Below, one piece after another: positions 57,801 through 64,000 of a stretch of 64,000 bases of DNA. This DNA is from an uncultured virus (IMG/VR IMGVR_UViG_3300032167_000096). Taxonomy: Duplodnaviria; Heunggongvirae; Uroviricota; Caudoviricetes. The translations under genes were made by a program, and so were the position numbers. The DNA lies in the IMG/VR virus record IMGVR_UViG_3300032167_000096, positions 1-64,000 of that record, one strand, 5' to 3'. The notes beneath the pieces were generated by a model, which was given only the letters and a program-made list of their open reading frames with translations, ran no database searches and was not told the DNA's origin. Within the stretch, counting starts at the first letter, position 1; every line of letters starts with the position of its first letter.

Positions 57801-60800
57801 CGGATTTGACTGCATCTACTACACGACCAACCGCATAGGTTAACGTACGAGGAACAAACGTGACAACTTTGACAATGCCAAATACCACATTTTGAATCTT
57901 ATCGAGCAGATCATTTCCTGTAGAAGGCAATGTAGAATTATTATCTTCACCCTTCCATGCACTTACAAACAAATTCTTTGTACCAGTTGCTACATTAGGA
58001 ATAATTTTCTTAGCAGCATCGATAACTGCTTTTACTCCATCTACAACCCTTCCAACTGCATAAGTTAGAGTTCTAGGTACAAATGTTACGACCTTTACAA
58101 TACCAAAGACAACATTCTGAATCTTATCCAGAAGATCATTTCCAGTACTTTCAAGCTCACCGCCATTATCCTCACCCTTCCAAGCATCCTTGAACAATTG
58201 TCCAGTACCCTTGGCTACATTAGGAACTATGACTTTAGCAGCATTGATAACTGCTTTAACACCATCTACTACACGACCTACAGCATAAGTTAGAGTTCTA
58301 GGTACAAATGTTACAACTTTAACTATACCGAATACTACATTCTGAATCTTATCCAGAAGATCATTATCGGTCGATTTAAGTTGAACATCAGCATCTTCAC
58401 CCTTCCAAGCAGCTGCAAATAGTTGTCCTGTACCAGAGGCAATATTAGGAACGATTTCCTTAGCAACGTCAATAACTTTCTTGACTCCTCTTACTACACT
58501 GCCGATAGCAAATGCACCGAACTGTACAGGAAGCGTAACGATCTTTCCGACAGTAAGTATAGCTTCAGAAACCTTATCAAGCATATCGTTGCCAGTAGGC
58601 TTAATTTGTCCTTGACAGAATTCTCCATTCCAAGCTTTCTTAAGAGTATCAGCCATTCCCTGGCCAACGTTAGGTAATACATTCTTTGCAGCATCTATTA
58701 CCTTCTTAACAGCTCCAACAACCTTACCAATTAGGAATGCACCAAATTGTACAGGAAGCGTAACGATCTTTCCGACAAAGAGAATTGCATTAGAAACTTT
58801 ATCGAGCATTTCATTTCCGGTAGATTTAATCTGACCCTTACAGAATTCGCCCTTCCAAGCTCCCTTAAATGTATCTGCCATTCCTTGACCAACAGCAGGT
58901 ATTACCTGTTTAGCAGCATCAAAGAGTTTGACGAATACATCTTTAATTTTACCTACGAGAGAAGTTATAAGGATTACAGGAGTATAGAATACTTTTCCGA
59001 TTCCAAGTATAATATTCGCAATCTTAGAGGTTACAGGGGATTCCTTGTTTTCCTCTACAGAATATTTATATGCTCCCTTAAGATCTCCCTTCCATGCAAA
59101 GGATAGAACTTTTCCGATTCCTTTTCCAATGGCAGAGAAAGTATCTTTGAATCCATCAAAGAGTTTGCCAAATGTGCTGCCAACGTTAGAGAAGAAGCTT
59201 GTTACGCCCTCCCAAACATTGCTAGCCTTTTCTTTAGCCCATTCCCATGCAGTAGAAGCACCGGATTTTATTCCAGACCATGCTTTTCCTGCTGTATCTT
59301 TGATCCAAGTTCCGGCTTTGCCAAGAGCACCCTTAACAGCTTTCTTAGCTTTAAACCACCACTTGTCTTTGTTATTAAAGTCTTCAAGGTTAGTATACGT
59401 ATCATCAGGATGAGCTTCATTCCAAGCATCCATGATATCATCTGCACGCTCTCTTGCTGCCATAAGCTCGTCAGCACTAAGACCAAAGAGCGGGAACAAG
59501 AATTCGACAATAATATCAACTAGAGTCTCTGTAGGAACTAGTCCAAAGGTTAAGTTGGTAGTTATAAGATGTAACAAACCACAAAGAACCTTATGGCCAA
59601 ATCCAACCTTAAAAGATTCATCTCCTTTAGCAACGCCAAGAATTGTATCAGCATTGTTATAACCCCATAAGAAGTCTGCTACATAAAGAGCTATATTCAA
59701 ATAAGGAATACACTTAGCTAATTTACCAGCAAGCTTACCAACACCAGATTTACCAATCTTTGTAGCAACTTTACCAATCTTATCAGCAATTGCACTAAGA
59801 GCTTTCTTAATAACTCCATCATCAGTACCGGCCTTCTTACAAGCCTTCTTAATGAATCCGATAATTTTACTATTGCCAGCAATTTCAGTAAAGAAATTCT
59901 TAATCTTAGCAATAATCTTAGGGCCATGCTTAGCTACATCATCTGCATTCTTAACGACCTTTTCAGCAGTTTCTTCAACTACTTCTTTGGCCACCTTAGA
60001 ACCAGTTTTCGTAGCTGCAGTTTCGGCAGCTTCTTTACCAGCTTTGCCGAATATTTTATCTTTAATCTTACTAAGAACACCTTTGCTCTTAGTTGCAGAC
60101 TTAGCAGCGCCTTCTACAACGTCATCGGCATTCTTAGCCATAAATTTACCAACGTCATCGACATTAGATCCAAATGCTTTGGCAATATCATCGGCACTAT
60201 ATCCGGCCTTCTTGCCCATAGCTTTTGCAATATCATCAGCAGATGTTCCAAAAGCCTTAGCAACTTCATCAGCCGTATATACAGGAGTATTTGTCATCCA
60301 GCTATTTAATTTCTGACCAAGCTTATTCGATCCACCAAAGATCTTTCCAGACCATTTAGCGGCTTTGCCCATACCGCCAGTAACAACTTTAGCTGTACCT
60401 TTTCCAATACCCTTGCCGCTAATTTTACCAAGAGCTGTAAATATAGGATTCTTACGTCCAAGAAGTCCATGCAGGAATCCTCTACCGGCAACCTTAGCAC
60501 CTTTACTTGCAAGACTATCGGTTGTATTCCAAGTATCATACTGATCTATTGCTATATTACCATTTTCATCATAATAAAGCTGATTAGTTGATTTCTTAGA
60601 ACCGAGGAAACCATCCTCATACATTATATCCTGTCCAGACTTATTAAGCTTATTGCCATTTGCATCATAAGTTTCATCTGCTTTAGCATCATTTACGCCA
60701 AACAATGAGCCATAATTGATTTCAGCAGCCTTATTTGCAGTATATGCGGCAGAGCTCTTAGCTGTACTGAACATGTTTTTCACAGATCCTTTAGCATCTC

Positions 60801-63800
60801 CAAGAGCATTATACATAGCATTGGAATTTGCAACACCACCATTAAGCTCTTTAAGTGCATTACCCGTGTCAATTGTAGTATTCTTTTCTCTTACAATACC
60901 CTTATTAAGTACTGCAATTTTAATACCATTAATAACGCCCTTTACAAGACCAAGGAACATGCTAGGCAAGTTCTTGATTAGTATTGCTACAAGAGGAGTT
61001 ACAATATTATCCATTGCAAGACCCCAACCGGCAATAATCTTAGGAACAACGTCATTTACAAGAATGCCAGAAATTCCACCCTTACCTTCATACCAATCTT
61101 TGATCTTGGTAAAGAATCCTCCGATCTTCTCAACAACACCACCAGTGCCTAAGAAGATTTGTTTCATCTTATCACCAAGGCCACCAAGAAGACCATTCTT
61201 TACAACGTTACCATCAGCATCTTTCTCTCCAAATAGGAAAGATTTTAATTTAGGCCATACGGATGTTTTAATCCATTCAGAACCCCATCCAAGAAGTGAA
61301 AGTCCTCCGGCTGCAAGAGCTATCTTGCCAGCAGTAGTTCCAAGACCACCAGTAAGGAAACTAAAGATACCCTTAATACCTTTACCAATGCCGCCAAAGA
61401 TCTTTCCAAGGAAGCCACCTCCCTCTTCATCATCTTTGCCTTTCTTCTTCTTGCCGAATCCTAAGCCTTCGCCAATACGTTGAAGCCATGTTGCAGATTC
61501 TCTGGTATTGGCATCATTCTCATCCTCTTCAGCCTCTTCTTGCTCTGCAGCTTGTCTAGCTTCAGTAGCTTCCTTAGAGTCTTCATCATGATGAGGAATA
61601 AATTTAGAAGCAAAGCCTGTAACTGCTTGACCAACTTTACTGCCTTTTGCTTTATTAAGCATTCTCTGGACAAGAGTAGGCTTGGCAGATCCATCGACCC
61701 CAGCTGCTTCAGCAGCTATAACGTCTTGCTGTGCTTCTTCTTTCTCCGCTTTTTCTCCAGCAGCATCTGCAATCTTTGCAATTTCAGAAGATGCCGGTCC
61801 CTTAGGAGCTTCTATAGTGGCAGGAACTCCAGATTTTCCATCAGTTAATTGCGGAACACCCTTCTGCTGACCTTCTTCATTACCAGGAGGTGTAGTTTTT
61901 TCAGCCTCTCCAGTAGGATCAAGCTGAATCTTGATCAATTTGATGATTTCATCGATTTTGCTGTTAGCACTCTGGAATTGCTGAGAAACAACATCTGTCT
62001 GCTGCTTAGTAGCATCTAATATAGCTGCTTCAGCAGGATGCTCTTTCTTGAAAGCTTCATCTGCTGCAGCCGCAGCTGCTGCATCTGATTCTTTCTTTTT
62101 CTTTTCTTTTTCTGCAGCTTTGGTACGAAGAGCTATTTCTGCATCTACAGATCTCTTGACATCTCTAAGACCCTTCTTATCCTTAACCTTATGACCAAGA
62201 ATTTTAGAGAGTCCCTTATTGCCTTTTTTAAGATCTGCATTAGCCTTCTTAAGCTCTGCATTTGCGCCTTCAGCAGCCTCTACTTTAGCCCCGAGACGCT
62301 GCTTAAGATCTGCTTTTTCTACAGGAGTGAGATTAGGCTCTGCATCAATAAGACGGTGCATCTCTTCAAGATCTCCGTCTGCTCCAGCGCGAGCAATCTT
62401 CTTTACATATTTAAACTTAGTGACATCATATCTTAATGTGCCATCAGGGTTTGTTTCGTTAAAGAATGCAGAGATTTCCCGACCAAGCGCACCTCTAGCT
62501 TCAACTACAGCTTTACTTGCAGTTTGACGACCTTCAAGAGTTCCGCCAGCTTGAGCAGACATTGCTTGAAGTTCTTCAAGAGAAGCATTTGCAAGATACT
62601 CGTCTTGTTTCTGCATCTTATCAGCACCACGTACTTTGGAAAAGTAGTTACGAACGCCATGCTTCTTTCTAAAGTCTAGACGCTCTTGTGCTGTCATATC
62701 TCTAGCTTTACCCTTATTGATTTGCCCCATTCTCATAGAATTGCCAATAGCACCAAGAGCTTTGAAAGGAGCTGCTACAGCAACTTTAGCAATCTTAAGA
62801 GGGAACTTCAAGATGTTGAAGAACAACTTAGTCATCGGTTTGAAGACTTTCTCCTGAAGGAAATCATGAATCGGGATTCCGAGATATTTTTCAGCAACAC
62901 GATTAAATGCATCTTTAACCCCATCGCCGATAGAGGTTATCATATTCTTTAGACCTTGCTTAAAAGGCTCCCAGAAATTCTTAAGAGGCTCAAGAAGATG
63001 CTTCTTAGCATATCCTTTAAATCCTTCAAGAATCTCATTAATCTTTTCTTTAGCAGGTTCAAGAATACCTCTCTTCATTGCACCAACAAGGCTACCCTTC
63101 TTAGGATCGTCAGGATCACCAAATACAAACTTATGAAAAGCAGAAGTACTAGAAAGCAATCCAACTCCAGCACCCATAATTGCATTACCAAGAAGACCAA
63201 AGGGCCCCATAAGAATACCAGCACCAGCACCAATAAGCATACTAGGAGCTGCTTTCTTAAGGTGTTTCTTAAACTTATCAAAGGATTCTTTCTTTAAGAA
63301 TCCACCCTTACCATCCTTGTCACCGAATACAAATTCTTTAAACTTTTCATTATTCTTTAAGAATCCGATAGAAGAACCGATAATAGCACCGCCAAGAGGT
63401 CCAAGAGGAGTCACAAGACCCAATAGACCACCAGCTATACCAAGATCTGTCATATCTTTACCAGATTTCTTAAACATATCCACAAGACCCTTAGGCATCA
63501 GGCCCTTCTTATAAGTACCATCTTCCATCTCTTTACCAAAGAGAGCAGTCTTGAGAGTATCAGAACTTTCGATAATAGAAATACCAGCACCTGCCATAGC
63601 ACCAAGTAGAGGGTTGAATCCGGTCAAAAGACCAGCAGCTCCACCAAGAATACCACTTGCGGCAGTTCTAGCACCTTTACCTTTATTCTCTTCCATGATC
63701 TTACGAAGGTTTGCCTTCATTTGATCAGTATTTACAGTACCTTTAGCATTTAATCCAATAGCATTGATTATTCTTCTACGATCTCTTCTCTCAAGAGCCT

Positions 63801-64000
63801 CCATAGCCTGCTGCTCTCTAGGATCGAAAGAAGCAGGAATAATCATTTCGCCAGGAGATACCATGGTAAGACCACGCTTGGTTGCATAAGTTCCGCGAGC
63901 ATTAGTATCAACAACATCTTCTCCAGATTTAGCTGCTTCAACAACTTCTCCTGTAGGAACTACTTCACCCTTTTTCATACGGGTCTTTACAGTATCATAA
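54862..64000 (-). CDS. Tape-measure/tail-associated lysin protein (5'-truncated; >3040 aa) with C39-like peptidase and tail-lysozyme-like domains
   Basis: Gly/Ala/Lys-rich amphipathic helices; about 75-aa repeats; C39-like GCGP...HFV...EDP; LWKYLRSKGFSEHGAAGIMGN...GYG lysozyme-like module; frame open to the window end. Confidence 0.8.
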   Translation of the reverse strand, partial: YDTVKTRMKKGEVVPTGEVVEAAKSGEDVVDTNARGTYATKRGLTMVSPGEMIIPASFDPREQQAMEALERRDRRRIINAIGLNAKGTVNTDQMKANLRKIMEENKGKGARTAASGILGGAAGLLTGFNPLLGAMAGAGISIIESSDTLKTALFGKEMEDGTYKKGLMPKGLVDMFKKSGKDMTDLGIAGGLLGLVTPLGPLGGAIIGSSIGFLKNNEKFKEFVFGDKDGKGGFLKKESFDKFKKHLKKAAPSMLIGAGAGILMGPFGLLGNAIMGAGVGLLSSTSAFHKFVFGDPDDPKKGSLVGAMKRGILEPAKEKINEILEGFKGYAKKHLLEPLKNFWEPFKQGLKNMITSIGDGVKDAFNRVAEKYLGIPIHDFLQEKVFKPMTKLFFNILKFPLKIAKVAVAAPFKALGAIGNSMRMGQINKGKARDMTAQERLDFRKKHGVRNYFSKVRGADKMQKQDEYLANASLEELQAMSAQAGGTLEGRQTASKAVVEARGALGREISAFFNETNPDGTLRYDVTKFKYVKKIARAGADGDLEEMHRLIDAEPNLTPVEKADLKQRLGAKVEAAEGANAELKKANADLKKGNKGLSKILGHKVKDKKGLRDVKRSVDAEIALRTKAAEKEKKKKESDAAAAAAADEAFKKEHPAEAAILDATKQQTDVVSQQFQSANSKIDEIIKLIKIQLDPTGEAEKTTPPGNEEGQQKGVPQLTDGKSGVPATIEAPKGPASSEIAKIADAAGEKAEKEEAQQDVIAAEAAGVDGSAKPTLVQRMLNKAKGSKVGQAVTGFASKFIPHHDEDSKEATEARQAAEQEEAEEDENDANTRESATWLQRIGEGLGFGKKKKGKDDEEGGGFLGKIFGGIGKGIKGIFSFLTGGLGTTAGKIALAAGGLSLLGWGSEWIKTSVWPKLKSFLFGEKDADGNVVKNGLLGGLGDKMKQIFLGTGGVVEKIGGFFTKIKDWYEGKGGISGILVNDVVPKIIAGWGLAMDNIVTPLVAILIKNLPSMFLGLVKGVINGIKIAVLNKGIVREKNTTIDTGNALKELNGGVANSNAMYNALGDAKGSVKNMFSTAKSSAAYTANKAAEINYGSLFGVNDAKADETYDANGNKLNKSGQDIMYEDGFLGSKKSTNQLYYDENGNIAIDQYDTWNTTDSLASKGAKVAGRGFLHGLLGRKNPIFTALGKISGKGIGKGTAKVVTGGMGKAAKWSGKIFGGSNKLGQKLNSWMTNTPVYTADEVAKAFGTSADDIAKAMGKKAGYSADDIAKAFGSNVDDVGKFMAKNADDVVEGAAKSATKSKGVLSKIKDKIFGKAGKEAAETAATKTGSKVAKEVVEETAEKVVKNADDVAKHGPKIIAKIKNFFTEIAGNSKIIGFIKKACKKAGTDDGVIKKALSAIADKIGKVATKIGKSGVGKLAGKLAKCIPYLNIALYVADFLWGYNNADTILGVAKGDESFKVGFGHKVLCGLLHLITTNLTFGLVPTETLVDIIVEFLFPLFGLSADELMAARERADDIMDAWNEAHPDDTYTNLEDFNNKDKWWFKAKKAVKGALGKAGTWIKDTAGKAWSGIKSGASTAWEWAKEKASNVWEGVTSFFSNVGSTFGKLFDGFKDTFSAIGKGIGKVLSFAWKGDLKGAYKYSVEENKESPVTSKIANIILGIGKVFYTPVILITSLVGKIKDVFVKLFDAAKQVIPAVGQGMADTFKGAWKGEFCKGQIKSTGNEMLDKVSNAILFVGKIVTLPVQFGAFLIGKVVGAVKKVIDAAKNVLPNVGQGMADTLKKAWNGEFCQGQIKPTGNDMLDKVSEAILTVGKIVTLPVQFGAFAIGSVVRGVKKVIDVAKEIVPNIASGTGQLFAAAWKGEDADVQLKSTDNDLLDKIQNVVFGIVKVVTFVPRTLTYAVGRVVDGVKAVINAAKVIVPNVAKGTGQLFKDAWKGEDNGGELESTGNDLLDKIQNVVFGIVKVVTFVPRTLTYAVGRVVDGVKAVIDAAKKIIPNVATGTKNLFVSAWKGEDNNSTLPSTGNDLLDKIQNVVFGIVKVVTFVPRTLTYAVGRVVDAVKSVINAAKLIIPNIAKGTGDLFVSAWKGQENNSELPSTGNELLDKIQGGIFGVVKVMTFVPRTLTYAVGRVVDAVKSVINAAKLIIPNVAKGTGQLFVDAWKGQENNSELPSTGNELLDKIQGGIFGVVKVMTFVPRTLTYAVGRVVDAVKAVIDGSKKIIPNIATGTGNLFKDAWKGEDNDRTLPSTGTDLLDKIQNGIFGVVKVITFIPRTLTYAVGRVVDAVKTVIDGAKKIIPNILSGTGNLFTSAWKGEESDESLPTTGVDLLDKIQNVIFGVVKVVMFVPRTLTYAVGRVVDTVKGFIDGSKLIFPKVGSAFGTLFTKAWAGEELPSKVESTGNSTCDTIANVIFNIGKVLMTPVTLVIQAIGKIKEGITTAIQKVKDGFTFKDLTSGITEAASNLGEKIKSGISGAWDKISGAFSSAWDTVKGWFSSNASDDAAKMRAHYGLGHKYQSGPELAGMPYGDSTIGKAGCGPVAATNAINRLRGAGSMSVRKAADYAEDKGMTIPGGGTDIGYFKSFLNSQNIDATNTTNRGAIMEALKNGQQVIMLGQDKTNKHGATFGTTPHFVTAIGLDANGNIVVEDPDMPQSSLVYKKDKVLNSMMTSTIVSGKGRGRYGLGDGENGEEEGRKTSFNALMSSFGSLTSSLVKSMFGEDAYNAISGSTSEAEFENPEIAAKLWKYLRSKGFSEHGAAGIMGNIYNSSKFKTANLEDSKEEDLGTDVGYTYMVDRGQKTREQFATDGSGYGMTMWHSANRKRKLYDATVKKGASIGDLDAQMKFLVDNMKSERSSLYSALRGSTDHAAASDAYLKQYHMDDKTDESLDYETPKGYAATIYDTYHGSAHNADFKKNAGRARDALNSYETEDARTSRIMTSAGRANAMAKTVDYATFLQTIVTLLMNISDNSALLVKILDILSSKFNIDIDPEEVNKAANQGKARTERALADLIKKGGGDAGSVSKMLNGSDNEYILTAMAAIAKE
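56700..59150 (-). repeat. About 11 tandem ~225-nt (75-aa) repeats in the tape-measure gene
   Basis: Unit IIPNVAKGTGxLFxxAWKGEDNxxxLxSTGNDLLDKIQNVVFGIVKVVTFVPRTLTYAVGRVVDAVKxVIxAAK; AWKG-like motif recurs about every 225 nt. Confidence 0.9.

Noticed and set aside
56700..59150. CRISPR array or DGR template/variable repeat
   Set aside because: Repeats are in-frame 225-nt coding units with synonymous changes; no spacers, no evident adenine-specific variation, and no cas or reverse transcriptase gene in the window.
1..64000. Genome-wide stop-codon reassignment (as in some gut megaphages)
   Set aside because: Coding density is high in the standard code and TAA, TAG and TGA all end plausible genes. 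The breaks are explained by introns, one frameshift and one isolated TGA. The UAG-anticodon tRNA reads CUA (Leu) and is not an amber suppressor.

Overview
This window is a 64-kb segment of an AT-rich jumbo (myo-type) bacteriophage genome of the AR9/PBS1/phiKZ-like type, which encodes its own multisubunit RNA polymerases. GGAGG ribosome-binding sites, an LPD28 protein and SH3b/C39 domains suggest a Firmicutes host (inference). It carries a virion-RNAP beta' subunit, a sigma-like promoter-specificity subunit, primase, RusA, a PC4-like SSB, dCTP deaminase, NADAR, baseplate, tape-measure and head proteins, two tRNAs and a block of small early accessory genes. Two genes that look broken in the ORF track are split by group I introns. 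The RNAP beta' intron (23201-24091) interrupts the catalytic GGDY|DGD motif and carries an HNH endonuclease in its P6 loop. The intron in the sigma-like gene (13582-14243) has no endonuclease and instead carries a complete CCA-ending tRNA-Leu(UAG) gene at the equivalent P6 position; this tRNA nested inside a self-splicing intron is the most unusual feature. Other signals: about 15 copies of an AR9-type late promoter AAC(A/T)-N6-TA, an early ATATA(A/T/C)TATA motif, a probable -1 frameshift in a tail/baseplate chaperone, a short L-I-x-P-M/F-x-F/Y motif at the termini of unrelated proteins, a dCTP deaminase with a ~250-aa helical insert, and an in-frame TGA in one early gene. All protein calls are from motif recognition by eye; no searches were run.
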